From Octopus sinensis (taxonomy: Eukaryota): a DNA stretch of 64,000 bases. The stretch lies in assembly GCF_006345805.1 (NCBI RefSeq), contig NC_042997.1, positions 116,808,001 to 116,872,000 on the forward strand, written 5' to 3'. Under the pieces are notes generated by a model. That model had not been told where the DNA came from, made no database searches, and saw only the letters and a program-made list of their open reading frames with translations. The position numbers and the translations under genes are program-made. Shown here one piece after another: positions 40,925 to 52,979 of the stretch. The first letter of the stretch is position 1. Each line of letters begins with the position of its first letter.

Positions 40925-41190
40925 TCACTGCCTGGAATCGAACAGGGAATCTTGGGTTTAGTAGCTCGCGCTCTTAACCATTACGCGCACGGATATGGCG
41001 TAGTGGTTAAGAGCGCGGGTTACTAACCTCAAGATTCCGAGTTCGATTCCAGGCAGTGACCAGAATAATAACATCGAAAAATACCTTAGGAATAAGAACC
41101 CAGATTCGAAATTTCCCCAAGACACCTAATGAAACATTGTGTTGGCAACAAACAAGATGGGGACAATTATCCGTCAAATGTAAATAATGT
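40698..41190. mobile_element. Head-to-head pair of tRNA-headed, hammerhead-bearing SINE-like units with 12-bp TSD
   Basis: TSD aatgtctagtct at 40686-40697 and 41191-41202. Right arm A-box TGGCGTAGTGG at 40996-41006 and B-box GAGTTCGATTCC at 41039-41050, mirrored on the left arm. HHR at 40782-40827. Confidence 0.85.
40782..40827 (-). ncRNA. Minimal hammerhead ribozyme motif
   Basis: Reverse complement GACAC-CTGATGG-A-GGCTG-gagggtatat-CAGCC-GAA-ACGT-T-GTGTT. One substitution from CTGATGA. Confidence 0.75.
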
Positions 41191-41444
41191 AATGTCTAGT
41201 CTGTCAGTATGTATTTGCTTATCTATTTGTATCCCATAGGATGGTAATATTCTTTCCTTCAGTAACTGTCTGTGGATGGTGTTCATGCCAGTTCTTAAGG
41301 TACGGGATATCATATTGACGGCATATGCTCTAGTGCAAATATTGACCAACTCGATCATGCCTGGCTTTATAGGGGCTAGGACTGAGCAGCTGGCAACGAT
41401 GTGGTCAATACTCTCAAGAGTCTATACTTTCATATAATAATAAT

Positions 41445-41584
41445 AATCCTTTCTACTATAGGCACAAGGTCTGAAATTGGGGAGAGGGGGATAGTTGATT
41501 ACATCAATCCCAGTGTTTCATTGGTACATAACTTATCGACCCCGAAAGGATGAAAGGCAAAGTCGACCTCAGCGGAATTTGAAC
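41445..41584 (-). mobile_element. 5'-truncated Nin-type SINE
   Basis: cctttctactataggcacaagg..tcgaccccgaaaggatgaaaggcaaagtcgacctc. Confidence 0.8.
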
Positions 41585-41743
41585 TATTGAACCTGCTCTA
41601 TGGGAATCTTCAGTCTCCGCGTGTTAGTCAGATTTCACCTCCACAATATATAGAATATCAGCATCTTTTTGAGACGCTGGTGTCTCAAATAGTCAACAGG
41701 GTTAATAGCGACAGAAGCAGAAATAATTCCAAAAGGTAACACT

Positions 41744-41777
<34 letters not shown>

Positions 41778-41842
41778 CGCAAACTCTAACCATATTTTAG
41801 ATACAACACTGATTCTATAGCTTTCGTTAGAATCGTCTAAAC

Positions 41843-41918
41843 CAGTGGTTTCCAACCTGGGGTTCGTGGACCTCAGATGGTCCGCAAAGGTAGTACTGGG
41901 GATCTGTGAATTAAAATT

Positions 41919-41956
<38 letters not shown>

Positions 41957-42053
41957 CATAAGCATATTAATAGGGACCCGTGGGAGGACTCATTTAGATA
42001 AATGGGTTGAACACCACTGTTGGGAATCACTATCAAAAGTTTGGGAACTACTC
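41843..42053. mobile_element. hAT-family MITE with 8-bp TSD
   Basis: Left TIR cagtggtttccaacc; right end aagtttgggaactactc. TSD gtctaaac at 41835-41842 and 42054-42061. An extra internal right-end ggttgaacaccactg ends at 42019. Confidence 0.75.
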
Positions 42054-42599
42054 GTCTAAACATTTATACTGTCATTCGTACACATGCACACACTCATACA
42101 TACTTAGATGTACATGTATGTATATATTCATGTTTATATATATACATATATACATGTATATATATGTATACATGTCTTTGTATATGTAGATATGTGTTAG
42201 CATATACACGAGTGATTGGGCAAACGAAAAGGGCACTCAACCCATTTATTGGGAGTTACATGCATGGATCGAAACAGTTTGATTCAAATTAATTGGTACT
42301 CTCAAGTTTCAGGCGTGACGCTAGTCGTCAAGCCACTTTTGATTTGAGTCACAGAAGTTGATTGTTATTACCGTAAGATGGGCTGCGATTTGCCGAGGAA
42401 GGTCAAGCGGTATCGAGGTTGTTCTACGTTGGTGTATGGGTGACAGTTGTTGGAGAATACCGCACGGGAAACAGCAAATTGACCACGTGGAGAACAGGGA
42501 ATAGTCCACGAGCGATTAAAAGTCGGTCGGGTTGTTGCAGGGAAGTAGAACGGGCGGCGTGTGCAAGTATATAGTTCTATATGTGGATGTGTAGATGCG

Positions 42600-43400
42600 C
42601 AGGTTGATCAACCCGTCTAAAAGTGACATAGATATTATTAGCAAATGAATTCTCGATACTATCAACTCCGATATCAGAAGAGCTTCAGAGTGACTCAATG
42701 GAACTCCAGCGCAGCCGTAGTCGACTGGTTCCCGTGTATGGAGAATAAATCAGTCTGTAGATTCACCCAGTTAGACTTTGTCGACTTCTACCCTCCCATA
42801 TCTAATCTCCTCCTTCTGAAGGCCCTAACTTTGCTGCGCAATACACCAGCATTGGTGGCCTTGACATCAGAATCATCATGAACGCCAGAAGGTCAGTTCG
42901 GCCCACGACGATTCCTTGTCGGTGAAAAAAGAAGACGATCTATTGTTTGATGTCTCTATGGGGAGCTTGACAGGGCTGAAATCGCCGACCTCGTCAGTTT
43001 ATACGTTTTGGATATCCTCAAGAGACATACCCACACACATAGGTCGGCACACTATAGGGACAACGGCCTAGATATTTCAGGTTCAGAAAGGACATCATAA
43101 AAATATTTAAGGAGTTCGGCCTGTCCATAAGGGTTAACACCAACCTGACTACGGTCGATTTGTTGGATGTAACCTTAGACCTGAGTACGGGAAAGTATTA
43201 CTTGTGCGGGAGGCCTAACGTTGATATAGTATACATCTACAAAAGTTCAAACCATTCATCTGCTGTAATTAGAAGCCATGTTTCAGGCATTAGTAAACGA
43301 CTGTCTAATCTCTCAGCGAATAGAAAGATATTTAATAGGGCCACATTACGACGACACTTTGGATAGGAGCGGGTTTACTGAGAAGCTTCTGCTTAATGAT
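42600..43400 (+). pseudogene. Decayed PLE reverse transcriptase (family distinct from 23746-26646)
   Basis: QWNSSAAVVDWF..RFTQLDFVDFYPPIS..LLKAL; FDVSMGS..AEIADLV; LYRDNGL; VDLLDVTLDLSTGKY; YIYKSSNHS..ISKRLSNLS. Confidence 0.82.
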
Positions 43401-43468
43401 ACACAATTAAAATACTTGTCAAACCACTTGGTAGAATATTGTCGATGTTGGTCTTTATCTTCAGATCT

Positions 43469-43499
<31 letters not shown>

Positions 43500-43713
43500 A
43501 AGAGCAGACCTATGATCAAAAGTGCACCTACCATGATCAGACTGCCCATTCTCAAACTATACGCATGTAAGTCTAAACTAGTTTAGAGTATAGTTTAGAT
43601 TAAAAAAGATGTTTATCATAATTTTGAAAACTAAAAGTATAAAAAAACACATTATTTATGAGCTGATCCAATGTGTTTGTGCATGTATATATATATATGT
43701 GTGTGATTGTGCA

Positions 43714-43789
<76 letters not shown>

Positions 43790-44451
43790 AGAAAGAAGGA
43801 GAGAAGGGGAAATTCATACCAAAGTGTATTATGAGCAGTATGTATTTAATAATAGCTTCTTTTTTTTTTTTTTACAGAAATTATTTTAAATACTTAGATA
43901 CAAACAATATCGAAAACAAAACTGAACGTGTTATTTTCTCAGTCTGCTTTTGGCGACATCGTGTATTTTTGGAACAACTTTTGAAAAAATGAAATATCAG
44001 GAGAAGATTAATGGTTAGCTATGCAAATGTAACATCTGTTGGTGTGGTAAAAGTAGGTTAAGGAGAAGACTGCTTGACTGATGACAGTACCGGAAGAAAG
44101 AAATACAATGGATAATGAAAATGTGAAATAAACGTTTTTAGACAACATAGGAAATCACAAGAGAACATGACATGCAATATTCAGTGGAGTTCAGCTTGTT
44201 GTCAATAGCAACTACCTTTGCAAATATTTGATGCCTAAATGTTAGCATTAAAATAGACTCACGGGAAATTGTAAAGTGAACCCGAGCTAGTAGTTAATTC
44301 AAAATATAAATGATTTACCAATGAAACTACAGTTTTATTGTCATTGTGACCAGAAAATAGAAAGAGAGTTGAATACATTAAAAGTCTTTGATAAATGGTA
44401 ACGTGGTTAGTTAGCGAAATACTCATGAAAATGGTTTAGTTTGGTAGTGAA

Positions 44452-44829
44452 AAGGCGGCGAGCTGGCAGAAACGTTAGCGCGCCGGGCGAAATGCTTATT
44501 CGTATTTCGTCTGCCGTTACGTTCTGAATTCAAATTCGAGGTCGACTTTGCCTTTCATCCTTTCGAGGTCGATAAATAAAGTACCTGTTGCGCACTGGGG
44601 TCGATGTAATCGAATAAATCACTTTGTCTGTCTTTGTTTGTCCCCTCTGTTTAGCCCCTTGTGGGCAATAAAGAAATATATCCGCCGAGGTCGACTTTGC
44701 CTTTCATCCTTTCGGGGTCGATAAATTAAGTACCAGTTGTGCATTGGGGTCTATGTAATCGACTTAATCCGTTTGTCTGTCCTTGTTTATCCTCTCTGTG
44801 TTTAGACCCTTGTGGGTAGTAAAGAAATA
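44452..44829 (+). mobile_element. Nin-type SINE with tandem-duplicated 3' two-thirds inside one 19-bp TSD
   Basis: TSD ggtttagtttggtagtgaa at 44433-44451 and 44830-44848. Confidence 0.9.
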
Positions 44830-47203
44830 GGTTTAGTTTGGTAGTGAAGTGAAGCTGAATTACCTCGGTGATTCGTCGAGAAATTACAGATTGTTTATTA
44901 TAATCTGTACAATAGTTTCTTAAATACGCATGGAACATCTGCTGAATTGTGAGAAATTACCGCATAAATCGATAAACATAAAATAGCTGTGAAATTATAG
45001 TCTTCGCATAAATGTATCAATTCACAGAGAAATTTATTAGTCAAAAGAAAAATACACCTCATAAACCTGAGTACGTTAGTCGTGTGAGCTCTGTCAACAC
45101 TTTTCTGTTGTATTTAATTATCTTTTGTTAGGTATAATGGTTAGAAGTTAATTAGTCGAGTTAAGCTATACTTTCATATATAATGTTAGAAGTGTTAAAG
45201 CCGCATGTTCGTGATACTCAGGAGCAGAACTTAGCAAAGTTTTTCTTTTAATACGAATACTGACCAAATTGGTAAGAAGTTTGCTTTGCAATCTTTGGAT
45301 TCTGGGTTCGATCTAATTGCATAGCATTTTTGCCTAATATTATTTTCTGTAGGCTAGGTTTCATCAATACCTTGTGAGAGGATTTTGCTTGACGGAGTCT
45401 GTATACAAGACTACTGAGTGGATTGTAACTGTAAACTGAATGGCACAAATTTTGTCACGCTTGAGAATTCTGTTATGGGCCCACATATCTGAGGAATACT
45501 CCGTCACTTCCATGTAAGTCTAATCAGCTGGTAGTTCAGCTGAACGAACAACTGAGTCCGCATCGTCAAAAAAACGACGAAGGACCATTCGTCCATTCAA
45601 CCGACCAACCACCTACCCAGTGGAAAGATTTAACTAAAATTCTGAATTCAGTATAGATTAATTATACCATCTCAGTAATCAATATATCTATTTCGTTTAT
45701 ATATATTATATATATCATAACAACGGTACAATTACTTGTAGTAGGTGTTATACAGATATTTATCACGAATATTTTTTCTCATTCTTAATTGGTCAAATTA
45801 ATTAGCATACGACTTGACACAAGGGAAGTGAAAAGAGCGAATAAATGTTATCAGCCACTATCTATATAACAGATAATATACGCTGTCAAACTTAATATAA
45901 ACTTACATTAGGTTGCAAGTCTACTTTCAACGTCATCCACCACTTCAAAAGTATTTTCTTCAATCTGATACCTCGCAATCACTGCATACTCTGAGACGAA
46001 ATATACATAGGCGATATATGTCTTGGTTTGGCTGATTAGTTCCCAGAACATCACTATGAAACAACCTAACAATACTTATGGCATACTCAGATGAATAGAC
46101 TGTTACTTTAAATCCTATGGCCCGTCCGCTCACTTCTCCCAGTCTTCAGCACTAAGGCTCAACTGATAACACACGGTAAAATTTTTCCCTTTAACCTGAG
46201 ATCCTCAAATTTCTTCCTCCTCACGCTCACTTTTAAGAATTTCCTCGCCCCTGTTGATTCTATTAGATTCTAGATCTAATTTTGTACGCTTGTGGAGGTG
46301 TGTTTATAGGCTTGTTAGTGTGAATACATTATATACGCCTTTGTTTGTGCTGTGTCCCCACATTTTCTCAGACTAACATGTATATATAATAATCTAGGTC
46401 CTAGTACGTTAGAAAATCCTCACAACTATCTGGTTATCTACACTCTCATATTGGAGCTCAACCAAATTTTACAAGGTTTTCATAAACCTGAGATTACGGA
46501 AGAAGACACTTGCACAGGGTAATCGAACAACAAATCCAACCATTTAATAACCAACAAGCTCCTTAGTCATACATCCAAGCTTACGCTCACTATTAATGCC
46601 TTTTAAGGTTTTAACGTTACACAGCTACTATATATAGAGGCATTGTACCTAGAAAAATACAATAACGTATTCTGAATATACTTACCAATAATCTAATCAA
46701 TAGTAAATAGTAATTAATTACATCACTTATGCCTTTGAGTGTAAGCTAATGAACTCATAACAATGAGGCATTTGTTAAGGATTGGTAATATTATATTTCA
46801 GTTGATATATGAATAAATATGACAACATTAAATGTGGTTATGGGAATATGTGTTTTGAAAGCACTCCTTATTTTACACTTAATATAATTGAACTTAAAAT
46901 ATAAATTAGCCTCTGATAGAAATGTCTGGGGGAATTAATTTACAGTTATGTGGCTGCATTGGTTGGGCAGAAAAGGTTTTGATATTATTTTATACATTAT
47001 TGTTTAAGTCATTTCCGAAACCATAACTGCCTTTCAGAAACTCCTAGATCGATAGAATCTTCATTAGATTGTTTTCATCGACCTCTTAAGTGCTGAAGAC
47101 CGGATCAGATCTCGATATGACCAGTGTGGTTGGTGTAATAAACAGCTCATTAACAAAGTATCTCATGTCACGTATATTTTTAACGTATTAATATTTATCT
47201 ACA

Positions 47204-47648
47204 GAAAACGGCGGCAAGCTAGCAGAATCGTTTGCACGTCGCTCAGATTGCTTAGTGGTATTTCGCCCGTCTTCACATTCTGAGATCAAATTCTGCCAAG
47301 GTCGACTCTGCCTTTCATTTTTTCGGAATCGATAAAATAAGTACCAGTTGAGCACTGGGGTCGATGTCATTGAATTAGTCCTCCCTTGAAATTACTGGCC
47401 TTCAGCGAAAATTGAAATCAATATTTATCTACAAAAGGTGGTGAGCTGGCAGAATCGTTATCACGCCGGGCGAAATGCTTAGTGGCGTTTCGCCCGATCT
47501 TACGGACTAAGTTCAAATTCCGCTGAGGTCAACTTTACGTTTCGCCTTTTCGGAGTCGATATAATGAGTACCAGGTGAGCATCGAGACCGATTTAATCGA
47601 CTTAACCCACCTCTCAAAATTGTTGGCCTTGTGCCAAAATTTGAAACC
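47204..47648 (+). mobile_element. Two tandem Nin-type SINEs
   Basis: Family match twice. aatatttatcta lies before, between and after them. Confidence 0.88.
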
Positions 47649-49559
47649 AATATTTATCTAGAGGTGTTGCTCACTGGTTCTAGTTCTCTACAAGGTTGTA
47701 TTTAATTTTTTTTTATTTCAATTTCATTTGCTGTAGATATTTCTCAGCTGTAACCCAGACTTTAAAAACCACATAAAAAATAAGATTTTACGAGAGTGTA
47801 ATTATAATTGCTGCAGTTCCTACATTTAACATTTTCAGTGGTCAATTAAGATATCTACATCATAAAATGGCATCTAGAAATAAAATTTTAAAGACTTTTT
47901 ATGTCTGTTAAAATGTTAGCGAATATTTTCTTTCAAACAGTTTAAGTTACAGGTATATAGGTTCTTAAAGTGTTTGCGAATGAACTGGTAAATAAAACGT
48001 GCTTCTGTGAACAGGTATTGCATGTAAGAGAGTTAATAACATAAGTGACTTCGATTTTGATTGATAAGATTTACTTGGAGAAGCAAGACAAATATAGAAA
48101 AGGTTTACTACTCCAGCCACGCTTGTAAATGTCACTAGTTGAGACAATTCCCTCTTGTACCTACAAATGGTCGTGAGAGCTGCTTTCACTGAGAATTAAG
48201 CGACAAAAGATACATGTTATAAAAAAAATATTAGGTCACAAAAATTTGAATGTCTCTTGGATTACGGATAAAAATCTATAGACCTTTATATCCATACCTG
48301 AAACAGGATTTAGTTAACCTAAATTATTGAAATATAATATTGGCAACCTGAAGCGAATAATGATTGCCTAACTATCGGGGCAACAAAATTAATTATGGCC
48401 TTCAAAATATTATACTTGAGAATAGATAACTATTTATTGAAAATAATTATTAAGAGAAAAGTTGGCTAGAAGGTAAATAAAATAATAGATTGAATTCAAA
48501 ATATTGTGAATAGTAGTTTGAAAGCTGATGTCTTTCCGGAGATAATAAACAGAAAACAAGATATTTATGAAGCTATGACGTGAAAATAAAAAGATAAATT
48601 TCTGTAAATGAAACATTAATTATTATCTTGATTGTTATATTAGATGCAACAAAATATAAACCAAGCTATTTTTTAACAAAGCAGTCCGTAGTTGATTATT
48701 TAGAGAAGAGTACGAACACTTCAAGCATTGCAAACATCCATAAATAAAGAATGAATAATTTCCAACACAATACCCTTGTAGTTATTGAAAAGAAACCTGA
48801 TGGAGTGTTTGAAGAATTTGTGCACTACCAGAAATAGATTCGTCGTACAATAGTTTATTACTCAGAATGAGATATTTTGTGTTTTGCAGAGTGAGATTAT
48901 AATGATCTTTATTGTCTATGGTTTGAGAAATACTTCAGGAGTTTCTTTTCTTGAAAAATTACGTATATCTTGGAAGACAAACATAAAAGTTTTCATAGTT
49001 AATCAAAACTTTCATCATTAAAAATGTTGAAAGTTCGCCAAAATATCCATGATTAAGGCCAAAATATCCATGATTAACAAATATTCAGTAAAAACGTCGT
49101 AACAATATTTTCAGACTGTCTTATTGGTATTTTCTGGGGCATACTTATGTCTATACCTAGAGGCAATCTGTCAATATCTTTAAGGCCATGGTTGTATAAC
49201 ATTTGCAAATTATTATTTCAAGCTGACAAGAGAGGGAGGCGACAGTAGGGAAGAATGTGCTACCTTCTTGTAAGTTTTATGAAAGAATGGTTAGTTGGCG
49301 AAATTGATGAAGCTAAATGGATCTAGTGTAACTTTAGGGCAGTGTTTTGTCTATAAGAACTCAGAAAACATTTGCTTATATTTGTATCAATGGAATCTGA
49401 GGATTCTTATATTCAGTATATCATAGTAAACTCAGTGTGTCTTAAATTGCCGATGTGGTGCCCTCCACCATCACTTTATAGTTACATTCTAACTAATTTT
49501 TGTTTTCTGTCTATCTTTTGCACAGCGTGTAACGTTGCAAGCCTTGGAATGGCTCATAT

Positions 49560-49850
49560 GATACTACTCATATAGTTTGTATCATACCTAGTCTTCTAGT
49601 TTTTGTTACTGTTTAAGCTTCATGTATTACGTTCAGTTTATTTTAATTTCAATTCCCTTGTAGCTTGACGGTTTCTTCACTTTCGGGCAGTATTTTGGTC
49701 TCAATAGATGGTGATATGTCTGTAGGCAGACATTTTTGCGTCTATCCTTGATTATTTGAGAGATTTAACTTGATTTGCTTGTCAGTGTGGATGAGTGTGT
49801 CCCAGATAATTGTAGTTAGAATGTTGTCAAGTACCATGTTGCATATATTT
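49560..49850 (-). mobile_element. Third decayed R4/Dong-like RLE remnant; it may extend to ~50620 beyond the SINE
   Basis: Minus translation TTIIWDTLIHTDKQIKLN resembles the ILWD..IHTDR segment at 41200-41270. Confidence 0.5.
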
Positions 49851-49861
49851 TACATCACTCC

Positions 49862-50095
49862 GAAGGCGGCGAGCTGGCAGAAATGTTGGCACGCCGGGCG
49901 AAATGCATAGCCGTATTTCGTCTGTCGTTACGTTCTGAGTTCAAATTCCGCCGAGGTCGTCTTTGCCTTTCATCCTTTCGGGGTCGATAAACAAAGTACC
50001 AGTTTCGCACTGGGGTCGATTTAATCAACTTAATCCCTTTGTCTCTCCTTGTTTGTCCCCTCTATGTTTAGCCCCATGTGGGCAATAAAGAAATA
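49862..50095 (+). mobile_element. Full-length Nin-type SINE
   Basis: Family match. ttttacatcact direct repeat at the flanks. Confidence 0.9.
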
Positions 50096-51292
50096 TGTGT
50101 TTTACATCACTTCTTTGTTTTTACTTCAAAGAATTGGCATATTGTCCAGTGACAGCGACCGACTCAATCGTAACTTATTATTCTGACTCAGCCAAAGGAA
50201 ATTATAATTTTGCATGGGATCAGAGTTTTGTTTTCTATTTTCAACCCAATACTGTTGAGATGGCTTTCATTCTGGAACTCTTTTAGAACACCAGCAATGA
50301 AGAGATTTTTCGTTCGTTCCTTTCATTTCGTTAATATATTTTAGTATGAAATTTTGAATCTGTCTTTTGTTTCTTTTTATCTTTTGCAGGTGTTTTATCT
50401 ACATCTAAATCTTATCTTTTCTGTTTAGTTAGTTTCCTCTTCGTACATTATCGTTTCCTTATTCACAATGAACAGTTGATGCATAAGTTTTTTTTACATA
50501 TTTCCTTGTTATTCTTACCAGTTTCCATTCTAAACCTAATTATTTTTTTCTCAAAGCATTGTTTGTAGTAATTTTCTATTTGTACCAGACCCCAGAGTCT
50601 TTGTGTGTGGTGAAATTGGAAATCTATCAGTAGTTTCTTGATTTTTCTGTCTACAGTTCAGTTCTCTTAATTTCCGGTTTATTCTTTTATTATGCTGTAG
50701 CTATATTTTATAATTGAGACGGACAGAATATGACAATCGGCCATCTTTCTTTTCCTAACTTGAATTTCTTTCCTTATCTCTGATCAACCGTAGAGATAAG
50801 ACGCATTCTTGTCTGTTTCCTGTCAGAGCTTGTTCCTACGCGTTCACCAACTCAACTTGTTCAGGTTTAACAGCCCTTCCTGTTTGTTTTCACTGTCCTG
50901 TTTTTGTTACCAGCTTTAACCCTCCGCAAAATCTCAAATTTTATTTAATTTGCTTTGCGGGAGCAACAATTTTATCGAAAACATATCTTGTCGTGAATTG
51001 CTGGAAATACGAAGTAGTAAAACATCCGACAATTAAAGAAGGGTCATTTTTTTACGTTGCTTCTCTTGTTTTCCATTTGTTTCTCTCATTGTTCACCAAA
51101 GAAAGTTAGTATTCGATGTTATCGTATTTCGTATTTTATGTTGTTTTCGTATTCCATGTTGTTTACGTTCTGTGGTGTCCTATGCCCATATATGTATGTG
51201 TATATATATATATATGTATGCATGTATATTTATATATTATTTATATCATATATATACATACATATATACTTACATGTATATATTTTTATTTT

Positions 51293-51582
51293 TATGCGCC
51301 CTTTTCAAGCCTAGCGAGGCTCATGGGCCCGGTTTCTATGGCGTATATGTTCCCCCCAGCTGGACGGGACGCCAGTCCATCGCAGCGTTACTCAAGAAAC
51401 AGGAAGAAAGAGTGAAAGTTGGGGCGAAGAGTACAACAGGGGTCGCAACCACCCCCTGCCGGAGCCTCGTGGAGCTTTAGGTGTTTTCGCTCAATAAACA
51501 CACAACGCCCAGTTTGGGAATCGAAACCATGATCCTCCGATCGCGAGTCCGCTGCCCTAACCACTGGGCCATTGCGCCTCCA
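51293..51582 (-). mobile_element. tRNA(Arg)-head SINE
   Basis: Reverse complement tggaggcgcaatggcccagtggttagggcagcggactcgcg.., with a head nearly identical to 388-560 and a different tail. Confidence 0.87.
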
Positions 51583-52010
51583 TACATGTATACACACACA
51601 CATGCACACACACACATATGTATACACATACACACACACACACATATATGTATACACAAAGTAGAGGAAGATGAAAACGCAAGTCCAATGCTGTCAACCA
51701 AATTCCCAAACGCATAAATGAACATATTCAATGTAATCGAATCATATATCTTTATACACATCATCATAAATCTTGCATGTATAGGCCTAAAGATTCTCTA
51801 AGAGTATAAAGAATAAACCCAAACATACATAAAATATGGGAGCGATATAAAAGCATATAAAGATACATAAAAATACAAATATAAAATCACATATAAATAA
51901 GGGTTACTGGCGAGGATTTGCATTTTCATTGTCCTTTACTTTCGCATTGGCTCTTTACAAGTACTCCGTAAATATCCCATATAACATACTCAATATTATA
52001 TATATATAAG

Positions 52011-52316
52011 TAGAGGCGCATGGCCTAGTGGTTAGAGCAGTGAATTTGCGGTCGAGGGATCGCGGGTTCGAATCTCAGACCTGGCGATGTGTATGTTTAT
52101 AAGCGAAACCCCTAAGCTCAACGCGGCTCCGACAGAAGGTAATGGCGAACTTCTGCTAACTCTTTCGCCACAACTTTCTCTCACTCTTTCTTCCTGCATC
52201 CTGCAGCTCAACTGCGACGGACCGGCGTTCCGTCCAGGCGAGGAACCTATACGCCAAGGAAACTAGGAAACCGGCCCTTATGAGCCAGGAATGGCTCGAG
52301 AAGTAACAAACAACAA
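52011..52316 (+). mobile_element. tRNA(Arg)-head SINE
   Basis: agaggcgcatggcctagtggttagagc..gggttcgaatctc..ctctttcgccacaactttctctc..aacaacaa. Confidence 0.87.
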
Positions 52317-52319
52317 TAT

Positions 52320-52900
52320 ATATAGAGAGAGCAAAATATGAGTTAGAGGTTATTCAACCATTTAAGAGATAAATGTATCCGTAGACACTACTGGTGTATT
52401 ATTTCACTATGTATAGTCCTAGCTATAAGGTATACAGTAGTTGGTAATTTAAAGGTAAAAAGGTGGTTTGATATATAAATAGAAAAGAAAAGAAACGGAG
52501 CAATATTTAACAAAGAAAAGTTGATCATCGGTATTAAAGTTATATTTAATTGTAGTTCAGAACCATTTACAGCTGTTTCTGTTTATGAAATCGAAGTGAA
52601 TTTGTATTTATCTCGTTCAAATTTAACAAAGTCTTTCCTGTTGTTGTGGTAGGTAGTCTCTGATTGGTTGTTTTTATCATAGAATAAGGCTTTCCATTGT
52701 AAACTGTAGGTAAAGTCTGATAATTTTGCGGTCAATTCTTTTAGATATATATCTTTAGATGGAATCGGTAGATCCTTTAATGATCTTTCCATAACATCTG
52801 ACGGTAAAATGGAGCAAATAACAATAGAAACTATGGTATGTAGGTAATCGCTTTCTATTTCGTATATTTTCATTTGTCTTGCTCATTTTTACATTCTGGC
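52320..52900 (-). mobile_element. Internally deleted PLE: N-terminal ORF fragment joined to a pLTR remnant
   Basis: SLKDLPIPSKDIYLKELTAKLSDFTYSLQWKALFY resembles the PLE N-terminal SLKNIP..RMRWKA motif. Half-HHR AGAAACAGCTGTA at ~52568-52580. Confidence 0.6.
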
Positions 52901-52979
52901 GTTTGCTAAAATTTTCTTGGGAACACACTCCTCGTGGTAAGGCGATATGACGTCTATCTTTAGCATATTAGGAATCCAC

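Larger units (their letters stand above)
40390..41420 (-). mobile_element. Second R4/Dong-like RLE remnant, interrupted by the 40698-41190 insertion
   Basis: ILWD..IHTDR|LDIVV..ACLLIDMTMPTDRNISAKE..SKYKNLVIEI..TIPVVVGALG reads across the insertion point. Confidence 0.78.

Noticed and set aside
40921-41062. Possible pair of true tRNA genes
   Set aside because: Acceptor stems do not pair properly and both continue into a shared repeat tail within a TSD. Treated as SINE heads.
42320-42530. Possible inverted GIY-YIG remnant next to the decayed PLE RT
   Set aside because: Only faint motif resemblance; needs a tBLASTn to support.
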